A stretch of 60,000 nt of DNA from Malacoraja senta. Its lineage: Eukaryota. Each line of letters begins with the position of its first letter. Within the stretch, counting starts at the first letter, position 1. Where the stretch lies: the NCBI GenBank assembly GCA_038087875.1, contig CM075988.1:11658001-11718000 (forward strand), written 5' to 3'. The position numbers and the translations under genes were made by a program. The notes beneath the pieces were generated by a model that saw only the letters and a program-made list of their open reading frames with translations, was not told the origin of the DNA and searched no databases. Positions 1 to 11,964 of this stretch are shown here, piece after piece.

Positions 1-345
1 ATTGAACGAGACTAAGCATTTTTATCCATCCTTACAATGAGAAGAATGAAAAAGAGGTATAACTTTGCTTTCGAAACCAGATAATATCTACAGTGCATCA
101 GTTTACTGCAACATCAGGGCACTCTTCCTGCAGTGGGACAGTGCATTTATCTTGTGTTTAAACAGTGATAATTGATTGCCCTGTTGTTTCAACAACCTCA
201 GTTTCCAGTTGAATGTATTTTATTTATTTCTCACACAGCTCTATCCCTATTCAACTTCCAAGGAATGTTGCTCAGATATACAGTAGTTGGAAATTCTGTG
301 TCATAATAACCATTTGTTTTGAAATTAATATTGATGGTAGTTTGC

Positions 346-621
346 TTTAGAGAAACGGGCCCTTCGGCCCACCAAGTCCACGCCGACCGGCGATCCACAC
401 ACATTAACACTATCCTACGCACACGAGGGACAATTTACACTTATAACAAGCCAATTTACCGACAAACCTGTACGTCTTTGGAGTGTAGGAGGAAATCAAA
501 GATCTCGGAGAAAACTCACGGGGAGAAATTACAAACTCCGTACAGATGGGATCGGATCCGGGTCTCCAACACTGCAAGCGCTATAAGGTAGCAACTCTAC
601 CGCTGCGCCACCATGCCGCCC
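346..621 (-). mobile_element. tRNA-derived V-SINE (HE1-like)
   Basis: Minus strand: head GGCGGCATGGTGGCGCAGCGGTAGAG (A box), B-box-like GGATCCGATCC, V-domain-like TTTCCTCCTACACTCCAAAGACGT, CR1-like tail GGGCCGAAGGGCCCGTTTCTCTAAA. Confidence 0.85.
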
Positions 622-635
622 GGTACAATAACAAC

Positions 636-752
636 AGTGGCACAGTAGTAGAGCTGCTGCCTTATAGCACCAGAGACCCGGGTTCGATCCTAACTATGGG
701 GTGCTGTCTGTGTGGAGTATGTACCATGCTGTATCTCTAAACTAAACTAAAC
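636..752 (+). mobile_element. Internally deleted V-SINE (head joined to tail)
   Basis: GTGGCACAGTAGTAGAGCTGCTGCC and B box GGTTCGATCC, then directly the tail ATGCTGTATCTCT(AAACT)n. Confidence 0.8.
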
Positions 753-1459
753 AACAGTTCTCCCAGTAAATGTAGTTTGGTTAGTGAAAGGCTTGGCTAT
801 AGCTTGAAGGCAGCAGGCAGTGGGAATGTCTCTTAGGTATAACACGTACGGGAGTTATAATCCAGAAGACAGACTTTAGCATCTGAGACCAAACTATTTT
901 TTCTCATTATCCTGAATGCATCATGTAATTTAAACATTTTTCTTAATATTAAGTTGTGCGCATGGCGAAGTACAAGAAAACACACCCGTAAAAAGCATTG
1001 TGTGTTGTGTGTGGTGCTTCATTCTTGTACATACTGTGAAGGGAATTCAGCAGTGAACATACAAGAGATATTTGAATTACATTTTGTGGAACCTGTGCAG
1101 TCACAGAGCTGAAATTTAAGATATAAATAGACCTGGCAACTTGCATGCATGCAACATGGATAAATAATTAAAATGCTTAGCATCCCATGTTGCATCTTCC
1201 TAGTGTGCCTTTGCAAATTATCTCCCACGTCTTGCCAATTCAATATTTATTGAAGGCTTTGGCCTGTCCCACAGGAGCAAATAAAAAAACAATTAAATAA
1301 CTACTCCCCCAGTTTTCCATCTGATGCAAATGTTCCACAAAAGAGATCTCCTTTAAAAAAGAGGCCATTTGCAGCCAACGTGGTTTTTTAAAATCAAATC
1401 TATTTATTCTTTTTAGGGGGATTCTGGTCATCACTACCTCAACTAGAATTTACTAACCA

Positions 1460-1960
1460 TCTATAATTGCCCTTGTCTGGTGGTAAACCAGTTTCTTGAA
1501 TGACAACAGTCCTTTTTGTGAAAGTAGTCTGAAATGCTTCCGGGAAGGAACTTCCAGCGTTTGAACCCACCAACAATAAAGGAATGATTTTATATTTCCA
1601 AGCCCCAGGATTGCGTCTGTCTGGGAGTGGAACCTGTGGGTGGTGGTGTTTACATTAGTTTAGTTTAGAGATACAGCACAGAAGCAGGCTCTTCGGCCCA
1701 ACGAGTACACGTTGACAAGCAATGCCTGCACACTTGCACATACACACTAAATACAATTTACAATTTTCACCAAAGCCAATTAACCTACAAACCTGTGCAT
1801 CTTTGCAATGTGGGAGGAAACTGGAGCAACTGGGGAAAACCCACATGGTCACAGGGAGAACGTACAAACACCATACAGGCAGCACCCATGGTCAGATCTG
1901 ATGACAAGCTGCCCTTTCCCTGCTTGGTAATTGTATTTGCAGCTTTGCTAGGGATAGCTT
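1460..1960 (-). mobile_element. Old CR1-type 3' fragment, split by a SINE
   Basis: Decayed 3'-end motifs (GGAACTTCCAG...TATATTTCCAAG...GGTGGTGGTGTT, resuming GCTGCCCTT) shared with the relic at 39210-39500. Confidence 0.5.
1655..1897 (-). mobile_element. V-SINE, head missing
   Basis: (TTTAG)n tail and TGTGGGAGGAAACTGGAGC...GGTCACAGGGAGAACGTACAAAC V-domain on + strand. Confidence 0.85.
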
Positions 1961-1994
1961 TAGTAACTGTAGTACTTGTTGAAGATGGTAAACT

Positions 1995-2170
1995 TGATGG
2001 GAGGGATGGAGAGAGGGGGAAGGGTTACTTGAAGTTGGAGAGGTCAATATTCATACTGCTGGGTTGTAAGCTGCCCAAGTTAAATCTGAGGTGCTGTTCT
2101 TCCAATTTGCATTGGGCCTCAATCTGACAGTGCAGGAGGCCCTGGACAGAAAGGTCATTGTGGGGAAGGG
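1995..2170 (-). mobile_element. Penelope-like element, GIY-YIG endonuclease C-terminal fragment
   Basis: Minus strand reads DLSVQGLLHCQIEAQCKLEEQHLRFNLGSLQPSSMNIDLSNFK*, homologous to the end of ORF 8063-8599. Confidence 0.85.
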
Positions 2171-3007
2171 GTGGGGGGGTGGGGGGGGGGGGGGGGTCTA
2201 CATGTCTCGACTACATGTTTAGCAGCATCAATCCACAGCACAATTTACAATGGACTGTGCAAACTGTGTTGTAGCTGCCTGGATACCTTTCAAAATGTCC
2301 TTTTCAACTATGTACAATATGTGAATATTAAGCTGCCTTTGCTCCCTTGACTTTACGGGATATCTGGTAAGCCTGCGGAACTATTTGTCAGTCACGCACT
2401 ACCTGCTGCAGGGATGTTTAAGGCTGTGATAAATTTAACAGAGCCTCAGAGGGAATTGTTTCTTCAAAGAGCATTAGCCACAAACTGATTTGCTTTTCAC
2501 ATTATTGTTAATTTGATTAATATCGAGAGTCAGGTCTCATGACAAATGGGATTTCTTCAGTGTGGCACGTTGGCTTCGAGTTCAAGGTGACAATAAGAAA
2601 GAAGCTTATTTAAAAAGATTTGACTGACCTTAAAATTAGAGCAGAGAGCGAAAATATTAATCTCTTTTTCAGACAAAGCGGAGGGGGAAACCTGGAATGT
2701 TTCCCCCAAAAGACTGAGGGCTGGATTAATTTTTAAGATCGAGTTTATTCGATTTTTAGATAGATACTAGCATCAAAATACATGAAGCAAGGTAGGGTTA
2801 ATGAAGAGAACGCATGGGTAACCACAGACTATTTGAATGCTCAAGAGATTTAAGGAGCTAAATGGTTGATTCCTGTTAAATTTCACAGCAGAGATAAACA
2901 TGGAAATCCAGGCTAACACTTCAGAACATTAACAAGAGGCTTTAAATGTTGGAAGTGTTACCATGTAGATTAACCATTGGACCAGGTGGTTATGTTATGC
3001 CATAGTC

Positions 3008-3310
3008 AGGAGCATCACGGTGGTGTAGCGGTATAGTTGCTGCCTTACTACTGCAGAGACCCAGGTTTGATCCTGACTATGGGTGCTATCTGCACAGAGA
3101 CTGATCACTGTCTCTGGTCACTATTCTTCCAGTGACATCCTGTTTTTTTTCCAGGAGCTCTAGTTCCCTCCCACAAGTTTGTAGGTTAATTGGCTTGGTA
3201 AAAATTGTAAATGGTCCCTGTTAGTGAACGGGGTGATCGCTGGTCGGCGGCGACTCATTGGGCCGAAGGGCCTGTTTCTACACTGTTTCTCTAAACTAAA
3301 TTAAACTAAA
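3008..3310 (+). mobile_element. V-SINE
   Basis: A box GGTGGTGTAGCGG, B box GGTTTGATCC, tail GGGCCGAAGGGCCTGTTTC...(AAACT)n. Confidence 0.85.
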
Positions 3311-4009
3311 AGTATGATTTCAAGGAGCAAGGGTCAATATTGGTCAATACCTATGCATCAAAATTTCTAAAATATTAGTGTGATGGTTTAAAAAAAAATT
3401 GTTTGAAGGAGCCTGCAGCGTACAATTTGGTTGCCTATATTGCATCCGTACCTATGGCCCAAAAGTATTTTGTTGCTCGTACAATGTTTTTCCATATTCT
3501 GAAAAATACATCGAAAGCACTATGTGAAGTCTAGGCTTTATTTTATTTTTGTATTACTGTATAATCACTTGGCTTCCAAAGTGCTCTCTGATAGGAAAGT
3601 TTGAAAGAAGGTAGTCATTAACTCCAGAATTTTAGGTCAACACTGGGAAAGCAAAATGTGTATTCCCTGTCAGAATAGGTAGGCTGTTGAAGGCTGATAT
3701 GTTCAAATGCCACAAAAATGGTTAGTGTGGAAAATGAACATCAGATGGGTATAGTGAATGGAACTTGTCTAAGGGGGGTTACAGGCAAAGGTTACACCGC
3801 AAGGAAGTGCTATGGAAGTCCTATCTCTTCATCGTAAAGTTAGGAATGCAATAGTTTATTTTCAAAGCCTCTGTATTTTAATGATTTGACCAAATTATTG
3901 CTTTTGCCCTTTCTGTTACAGTAAAACAAATCATTGTACCAGTTTAGAAAACGTCAGAGGGCTCAGTTTGCCTTACTTGCTCATTTATTAACAGACAGTT
4001 TGAGCCAGA

Positions 4010-5058
4010 GAGTCAGACATCTTCGATAAAGGCTGTTTGGCCCAAGTCGTCCATGCCAACCAAGATGACACATCTAAGTTAGGCCTATTTCCAGCATTGG
4101 GCCCATTTCCTTTTAAGCTGTTATCCATGCACCTGTCTAAATGTCTTTTAAATAATTGTTATTGGACCTGGCTCAACTACTTCCTGTGGCAGCTCGTTCT
4201 ACATAGCAATCACTACTTGTGTGAAGAAAAATTCCCCCTCAGGTTTGTACTAAATCTTTCTCCCCTCACTTTAAACCGATGCCATCCAGTTCTTGATTCC
4301 CCTAACCTGGAAAGAATACTATGTGTATTTACCTTATCTGTGACCCTCATGATTGTATACACCTCTCTTACATCACCCCTCAGCCTCCTGTGCTCCAAGG
4401 AATAAAGTCCTAGCCTGTCCAATGTCTCCCTAAATCTCAGGCCATCAAGTCCTGGTAACATTCCCATAAATCTTATAGAAACATAGAAAATAGGTGCAGG
4501 AGTAGGCCATTCGGCCCTTCAAGCCAGCACCGCCATTCATTGTGATCATGGCTGATCGTCCCCAATCAATAACCCGTGCCTGCTTCTCCCCATATCCCTT
4601 GATTCCAATAGAAAATTATCTGGATTTATCTTATCTGGATTAAACTCCATTAGCCATTCCTTTGCCTACTTGCCCGACTGATCAAGATCCTGGTGTAATT
4701 TTGATAGCCATCATCATTATCTACAATACCACTCACTTTAGTGTCATCTGAAAACTTACTCATCGTGTCTTGTACACTCTCATTTAAATCATTGATACAA
4801 ACCACAAACAGCAATGGGCCCAGCACCGATCCCTGGGGCACACCACTAGGCACGTGTCTCAAGTCTGAGAAATACCCTTCTACCATCACTTTCTGTTTCC
4901 TACCATTAAGCCAAATCTGTACCCAGCTCTCGCTGTAGCCCATGCGACCTAGTTGTCTGGAGCGGCCTACCATGTGGATCCTTATCAAATGCCTTGCTGA
5001 AGTCCATGTAGACTTCTTCTGCACCCCTTTCCCCATCACCCTTCTTAGCTGCTTCAAA
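4010..5058 (-). mobile_element. CR1 LINE fragments (RT core and 3' end) with a younger CR1 tail at about 4475-4608
   Basis: ORFs give SGVPQGSVLGPLLF...KFSDDTK and LDRLGLYSLEHRRLRGD; the tail TAGAAACATAGAAAATAGGTGCAGGAGTAGGCC lies in the middle. Confidence 0.9.
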
Positions 5059-5689
5059 AAAAAAATCTATGAAATTGATGAGTTCTGTAAGGTTTGAAAA
5101 TTAAATCTGTTGAGGATTGGGGAATCAGAAAAAATACTGGTGTGTTATTACTTTGAAAACATTTGTCATTTGTCAAATTTCTATCCAAACTAAAAACTGT
5201 ACAAGTTTGCCTCAAGCCAAGTTAAATATTTGTGATTGCTTATTCCATTTTTGTGTAAAAACAAACATTAGCAAGACAGTAACTGGAATGGACAGGTGGA
5301 GAACAAGGGCTCAGTGCTAATATGAAGCCATTACAATTTGATTCGCTCTCCTGGTCACTGTACATTTGTTCTTTGTTCCTCTTAGGATCCTATATTCCTG
5401 GATAAGTTGGCTTCCAGAATCTCTTGTTAACTCTGGGGTTGTACGTACAAATTGCTTCTGTGTCTGAGTCTTTCCCTGCATCAAACCACATATCAGCCAT
5501 ACTTAATATTAAATATCTAATAATATACTTAAATTATTAAATTTCCATGTCACTTGGTGAGGGAAATAGCTGGTCACAATTTAAAAAGATGATGGAAGAA
5601 ATAACAGTATCCACCACAATGATGTGCAGATGCATACCTCAACTACTTAAGTTAAGTAATTACTTTGAAAACCACATGTTCAACAGTTG

Positions 5690-5814
5690 AAGAAGGGTCT
5701 CGACCCAAAACGTCACCTATTCCTTCGCACCATAGATGCTGCCTCACCCGCTGAGTTTCTCCAGCATTTTTGTCTACCTTCGATTTTTCCAGCATCTGCA
5801 GTTCTTTCTTAAAC
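5690..5814 (+). mobile_element. Short Penelope-derived element (pLTR/hammerhead type)
   Basis: Matches the 3' end of Penelope 7854-7950; TSD TGTTCAACAGTTG at 5677-5689, right copy split by a CR1. Confidence 0.8.
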
Positions 5815-5822
5815 TGTTCAAC

Positions 5823-6734
5823 TGCGGATGACACTAAGCTGGGGGGCAGTGTTGGCTGTGAGGAGGATGCTAGGAGACTGCAAGGTGACTTGGATAGGCT
5901 GGGTGAGTGGGCAAATGTTTGGCAGATGCAGTATAATGTGGATAAATGTGAGGTTATCCACTTTGGTGGCAAAAACAGGAAAGCAGACTATTATCTAAAT
6001 GGTGGCCGATTAGGAAAAGGGGAGATGCAGCGAGACCTGGGTGTCATGGTACACCAGTCATTGAAAGTAGGCATGCAGGTGCAGCAGGCAGTGAAGAAAG
6101 GGAATGGTGTGTTAGCTTTCATAGCAAAAGGATTTGAGTATAGGAGCAGGGAGGTTCTACTGCAGTTGTACAGGGTCTTGGTGAGACCACACCTGGAGTA
6201 TTGCATACAGTTTTAGTCTCCAAATCTGAGGAAGGACATTATAGCCATAGAGGGAGTGCAGAGAAGGTTCACCAGACTGATTCCTGGGATGTCAGGACTT
6301 TCATATGAAGAAAGACTGGATAGACTTGGCTTATACTCGCTAGAATTTAGGAGATTGAGAGGGGATCTTATAGAAATGTACAAAATTCTTATGGGGTTGG
6401 ACAGGCTAGATGCAGGAAGATTGTTCCCGATGTTGGGGAAGTCCAGGACAAGGGGGTCACAGCTTAAGGATAAGGGGGAAATCCTTTAAGACCGAGATGA
6501 GAAAAAACTTTTTCACACAGAGTGGTGAATCTCTGGAACTCTCTGCCACAGAGGGTAGTTGAGGCCAGTTCATTGGCTATATTTAAGAGGGAGTTAGATG
6601 TGGCCCTTGTGGCTAAAGGGATCAGAGGGTATGGAGAGAAGGCAGGTACAGGATACTGAGTTGGATGATCAGCCATGATGATATTGAATGGCCGAATGGC
6701 CTACTCCTGCACCTATTTTCTATGTATCTATGTA
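5823..6734 (+). mobile_element. 5'-truncated CR1 LINE
   Basis: Starts at the ADDTKLGG motif; RT C-terminus LVRPHLEYC and LGLYSLEFRRLRGD; CTATGT-type tail; TSD TCAAC at 5818-5822 and 6735-6739. Confidence 0.95.
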
Positions 6735-7914
6735 TCAACAGTTGGAACTCAGTTGGAACCAAGAAGGCAACTTTTCTGAAAAAATTGGTGTGAACCAGCA
6801 TCTGCAGTTCCTTCCTACACGTCATCTGAAAACTTGTTGGATTCAGTTCACTTTAGAGCGAGGGTGAGACTTTGACCTATAATTACTGATGTTCTAAAAT
6901 AATTCCTGCTGCATGTTTTTGTTTCCATATCAGTCACAGATTTTGATACCACTTATCTGCAAGAGTTCCTTCTTTTAATTCCCAATATCAGAGGAGCACA
7001 ACTTACTGCACTTATTTGACATTTTCATTGCACACACCATCCATTTTGCCACACTCTCAGTGAGAGTGCCAATTAGTGTTGAATTATGGGGTAGTTTGTA
7101 CGCTGGGCTCATGCCCCTAGGAGCTGGCAACATTCCTAGATCTGGAAACACTGTTATTCATTTGAAATCCTATTAAATCCATTTCATGGCAAGATAATGA
7201 CAAGACCTATTGATTTAATTTATTGTGCTGTACAGATAAGAAACTGCTGGAATAGCCGCCTTCACCAGAGAGTGGAATGAGTGAGGAATATGTGATTGTT
7301 TCTTCGATTATTGTTACTATAAATGTGGCCAGATATGTTGATAGCACACATATTAAGTTTTGCCTGATTTAGGCATTTTATCAGTTCAGCAAGGCATATT
7401 ATTTGTAGCGCAAGCCAAGATAACCAGAAATGAACAGTGATGTTGAAAATGGGAGCCGGGATAAGATTAATTGTTTAAGTGTGAATCCATATCAGCACAA
7501 CTGCAGTGAGATGAATAATTTTATTCTGCATTAGGAGTTCTATGATTTTGTGCTCTATCAGATTCAGCCCAGTACGTGCAGTTATTAAGAGATTAATAAT
7601 GGAATATAACGAGTGCAAATTACAATAAGTTTCAAGTAGTGGATCAGAAAAAAAGGAAGTATATAACTGAAGAAACTTGATAATATTAAGAGTTTCCTTT
7701 TTATATGTGTTCTTGGAAAATAGGTACAGCTGTTATCTGAATGGTGTCAAGTAGGGAAAAGAGGAAGTACAATGAGATATGGGTGTCCTTGTTCAACAGT
7801 CACTGAAAGAAAGCATGCAGGTACAGCAGGCAGTGAAGAAAGCTAATGGCATGGTACACAAAAATGCTGGAGAAACTCAGCGGGTGCAGCAGCATCTATG
7901 GAGCGAAGGAAATA

Positions 7915-7948
7915 GGTAACGTTTCGGGCCGAAACCCTTCTTCAGACT
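7915..7948 (-). ncRNA. Minimal hammerhead ribozyme motif in Penelope pLTR
   Basis: Minus RNA: GU-CUGAAGA-A-GGGU(UUCG)GCCC-GAAAC-GUU-AC; core, stem II and loopless palindromic stem III are visible. Confidence 0.7.
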
Positions 7949-8062
7949 GATAGGGGGTGGGGAGAAGAAAGGAAAAAAGGAAAAAGGCGGAGGAGGAGCC
8001 CGAGGGCTGGGGGAGGGGAGGAGACAACCAGAGGGCTGATGAAGGGGAGGGGACAGCAAGGG

Positions 8063-8599
8063 CTAGCAGAATTGGGAGAATTCAATGTTCAAACCCCCAG
8101 GATGTAGACTGCCCAAGCGGAATATGAGGTGCATTTCCTCCAATTTACGGTGTTGCTCGCTGTGGCCATGGAGGAGACCCAGGACAGAGAGGTCAGATAC
8201 GGAATGGGAGGGGGAGTTGAAGTGCTGAGCCACCGGGAGTTCAGGTTGGTTATTGCGGACCGACCGGAGGTGTTCGGCGAAACGATCGCCAAGCCTCCGC
8301 TTGGTCTCACCGATGTAGATCAGCTGGCATCTAGAGCAGCGAATGCAATAGATGAGGTTGGAGGAGATGCAGGTGAACCTCTGTCGCACCTGGAACGACT
8401 GCTTGGGTCCTTGAATGGAGTGGAGGGGGGAGGTGAAGGGACAAGTGTTGCATCTCTTGCGGTTGCAAGGGAAAGTACCAGGGGAGGGGGTGGTATGGGA
8501 GGGAAGGGAAGAATTGACAAGGGAGTTACGGAGGGAGCGGTCTTTGCGGAAGGCAGACATGGGGGGGAGATGGGAAGATGTGGCGAGTGGTGGGGTCAC
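8063..8599 (-). CDS. Penelope-like GIY-YIG endonuclease, partial (RT absent)
   Basis: PCNRKRCNTC linker, NLIYCIRCSRCQLIYIGETKRRLGDRFAEH, VAQHFN, RKLEE..IFRLGSLHPGGLN; no internal stops. Confidence 0.9.
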   Translation of the reverse strand: MTPPLATSSHLPPMSAFRKDRSLRNSLVNSSLPSHTTPSPGTFPCNRKRCNTCPFTSPLHSIQGPKQSFQVRQRFTCISSNLIYCIRCSRCQLIYIGETKRRLGDRFAEHLRSVRNNQPELPVAQHFNSPSHSVSDLSVLGLLHGHSEQHRKLEEMHLIFRLGSLHPGGLNIEFSQFC

Positions 8600-8852
8600 G
8601 TTGGAGGTGGCGAAACTGACGGAGGTGTTTTGCCAAAGCTAATGGCATGTTGGCCTTCATAACAAGAGTAGTTGAGAATAGGAGCAAATAACTCCTTCAC
8701 CAGTTGTACAGGGCCCTAGAGAGCCCACACCTGGAGTATATTGGGCAGTTTTGGTCTCCAAGTTTGAGGAAGGACATCCTTACTATTGAGGGAGTGCAGC
8801 ATTGGTTCACAAGGTTAATTCCCGGGATGGCGAGTCTGTCATATGTTGATAG

Positions 8853-8970
8853 CAGGCACGGAAATCATTATCAAAACATGGAGCGGACCGGGGGACAGGG
8901 GGGACACAATTTCTTGGCGGCCGCGCACACACACGCACATGCACACGCACATGCACATGCACACGCACGC

Positions 8971-9008
<38 letters not shown>

Positions 9009-9810
9009 CTTCGGAGACTTCAGCTGTGGGACCTATGCACGGTAATTAGGGTGCCGGCAGTTGCTGAAAAAATCGCGTAAGGCCCACGGCCAGCGCTAAA
9101 TGTAGCTCAACTCTGCCTGTCTCGCCGGGTTAACCTACAGCCCTGCCTGGACTGACGGGCTTCTCCGCGCTGGCTGTAAACCTGGGCCATCATTGGCAGG
9201 CAGAGTTGACAGGCAGAGTTGAGATGGGTTTAGTTCTCCTTCTCTGCGCTGGGTGTGGGCACCGCTTCCATCTGACTCCTGACATCTCTGGCCACCCCCG
9301 GGCATTGGGGAGGGTGGGGGCACTCGGGTAGGGACGGGGTGGTCCAGTGGCGGTGCGGCAGCGATTCCGGTGTCGGAGACCCAGGATCGATTCTGGCTGC
9401 AGATGAGGCGCAGGTCTGTCTCCATGGCTGCCGAGAGTTTTTCGCTTGACCTGGGCATGCAAATCAAGTTCTGCTCTGATCTTTGCCTCATGGACATCTC
9501 CCTCCTCCAATCACTGCGCTCTATCCTCAGTCCCACCCCCCCTCCTTCCACCACTGACCGACACTTCCCTCCTCCAATCATCGCGCTGAATTATCATGGT
9601 CCCGCCCCCATTGCCTGCTAACTGACGTCTATCTCGCCCAATCGGCGCCCTCGATCATCAGTCCCACCCCCACTGTCTCGCGGAAAGCGGAGATTTCACC
9701 GGGTTTTAAAATCCGGATTATAAAAAATGGGGGGATCGTCCCCCACCTCTCAAAACGGGGGGGGGGGGGGGGACGTGTTCCCCCTGACCCCTCCGGTATT
9801 TCCGCCCCTG
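8853..9810. mobile_element. Non-autonomous hAT DNA transposon (958 bp)
   Basis: TIRs CAGGCACGGAAAT / rc CAGGGGCGGAAAT; exact 8-bp TSD GTTGATAG at 8845-8852 and 9811-9818; GC-rich interior. Confidence 0.9.
8925..9005. repeat. Compound (CA)n/(CACG)n microsatellite inside the hAT element
   Basis: Direct reading. Confidence 0.95.
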
Positions 9811-10254
9811 GTTGATAGAATGGAGCGACTGGGCTTGTATACACTGGAATTTAGAAGGATGAGAGGGAATCTTATTGAAACATATAAGATTATTAAGGGA
9901 TTGGACAGGCTAGAGGCAGGAAACATGTTCCCAATGTTGGGGAAGTGCAGAACCAGGAGCCACACTTTAAGAATAAGGGGTAGGCCATTTAGAATGGAGA
10001 TGAGGAAAATCTTTTTCACGCAGAGAGTTGTTAATCTGTGGAATTCTCTGCCTCAGAAGGCAGTGGAGGCCAATTCTCCGAATGCTTTCAAGAGAGAGTA
10101 AGACAGAGCTCTTAAAGATTGCAGAGTCAAAGGTTATGGGGAGAAGTCAGGAATGGGGTAGTGATTGTAGATGATCTGCCATGATCACAGTGAATGGTGG
10201 TGCTGGCTCGCAGGGCCGAATGGTCTATTCCTGCACCTATTGTATATTGTCTAT

Positions 10255-10425
10255 TGTTACTCCAGCATGTTGTGTATTTTTTTTTGTATACCAGCAATTG
10301 CAGTCTGAAGAAGGGTTCCAATCCAAAACGTCACCTATCCATGTTTGTCCAGGGTTGCAGTCTGACTTGCTGAGTTACTCCAGAACTTTGTCTTTTTGGG
10401 GGGTAAATCAGCATCTGCATTTCTT
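10255..10425 (+). mobile_element. Penelope-derived short element, partial tandem
   Basis: A 3'-end fragment is followed by CAGTCTGAAGAAGGG...AAAACGTCACCTATCC...GAGTTACTCCAG. Confidence 0.75.
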
Positions 10426-10584
10426 TATTTCTGCTGTTGTTCTTGTCTACAGACAACGCTATTTATTGCAGTTTTTGCTACTCTTTCGTAATTGTTCCCA
10501 AGAAGATGTGATTTCATGCCCTTCTGCGCTGCATATTTAATGCCCTTCACTACAGTATGTCATGGAAAGTCTACTGTTATCTGG

Positions 10585-10750
10585 ACATACAGGTTTGTAG
10601 TCTAATTGGCTTGGTAAAATTGTAAATGGTCCTTATTATGTATAGGATGGTGTGAGTGTGCGAGGATCGCTGGTCGGTGTGGACTCAATGGGCCGAAGGG
10701 CCTGTTTCCTCTCTGTATCTCTGAACTAAACTAAATTAAACTAAACTAAA
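10585..10750 (+). mobile_element. V-SINE 3' half
   Basis: GGCCGAAGGGCCTGTTTCC...(AAACT)n tail. Confidence 0.85.
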
Positions 10751-11964
10751 TGTTCTTGGATGCAAAGGCACAATAAACACTTTGAGCAGGCACATCTTCT
10801 TGAGAACAATTACGAAAGAGGAGCAAAAACTGAATTTGCAGACAAAGCTCACATCCCGCATTTAAATAAAAAAGTAGTTTCTTGATGTTTGTGTCTGGCA
10901 GCGTGACGTTTTAGCACCCAAACCTGCGATACAAAATTCTAATACCACACTTAGACATTTAAAAAATAACACATCTTTTTGGTTTTCACACATTATGTTT
11001 GGTGTTTAAGTACAATTTCTTATTTAGCTCAACTGTAATTTTAGGGCAAAATGATTAAATGCAGACGCTGGCATGTTAAACTGGTTTGTCGGTAATCTGC
11101 ATGTGCAAATCGATTTTCTAGTATAATTTCACCTGTCATCTGCAATACCAGAGCAGCACTTTGCAACTGCTTGGTGGAATCTGAAGGAACATTTGATGCA
11201 ACATTAAACGCCACACAGTTTTTAATCTTTTCACAGCAGATCAGGACATTAAATGATACCGCCTCATTCTAGCATTTTCCACAAAAAGGAAAACATGAAC
11301 TGCAGTCTTCAAATATTCAATTGCTATTAATGTTTTAAGAGCTTCAGTGCTTAATTTTTTAAATGGAGGAGGAGATTGTTCATCAGTTCATCACTTCAGT
11401 AGTTCTCTACCCTCTGTTGTGGGTGATCAAAGAAACTGCTGAGCTTTGTTGAGTCCCTTGATATTTCTTTTAATTGATGCAATAAGAGAGATCCACCTCT
11501 ACCATGCCAAGGAATTAAATGGAGGCAGGAGCATTGAAAAGGGGGAAGTCAAGTGAAGGACATGACCACAGGTAGAATTCTTCAACTCGCTTATTGTCTA
11601 CAACCCTTTGCAGTACAGAAGGCAAAGGTCCTACTACTATTTTATTATAATTTCAGATGCTCGACGTAAACTGTTCTCCTTTTTCCACTTTTATGAAATG
11701 TCACTGCCCTACCTTGATCAGAGCGCAACTTACTGGATCCTGGAAAATACTCCCCAGGATCTTTAGTCCTGACTGGATTCTATTGGCACTTCGGTATTGA
11801 GACATAGTTTTAAAACGGTGAAATTGAACAATTTGTTTCAGTTTCTATGCAATCACGTAATCTGAATTGTATTGCAATAATTTAGTTCAGTACGTTAATT
11901 TATTAACTCAGAAAATGCTGATTATTATTATAATAGCCAGTACATTATGCAAATATATACATCA

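Larger units (their letters stand above)
7854..8634 (-). mobile_element. 5'-truncated Penelope-like element (Cys-rich linker, Neptune-type)
   Basis: 15-bp TSD AAAGCTAATGGCATG at 7839-7853 and 8635-8649; GIY-YIG ORF followed by the pLTR. Confidence 0.95.
7733..10255 (+). mobile_element. CR1 LINE 3' part, interrupted by Penelope (7854-8634) and hAT (8853-9810) insertions
   Basis: CR1 sequence is collinear across both insertions (QVQQAVKKANGM|LAF..., SYVD|RMERLGLYTLEFRR) and ends in a TATTGT-type tail. Confidence 0.95.

Noticed and set aside
560..700. tRNA genes at SINE heads
   Set aside because: A/B boxes run directly into the SINE body and tail; no complete cloverleaf.
2162..2197. G/C homopolymer runs (also 9757, 24538, 44738, 48998) as functional G-quadruplexes
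   Set aside because: Simple slippage tracts, mostly within repeats; nothing indicates function.
5370..5450. Splice-acceptor-like TTTGTTCCTCTTAG followed by an open frame
   Set aside because: No recognisable peptide or convincing donor; such sites are expected by chance.
9135..9621. ORFs inside the hAT element as a transposase
   Set aside because: GC-rich overlapping frames without BED, DDE or dimerisation motifs.
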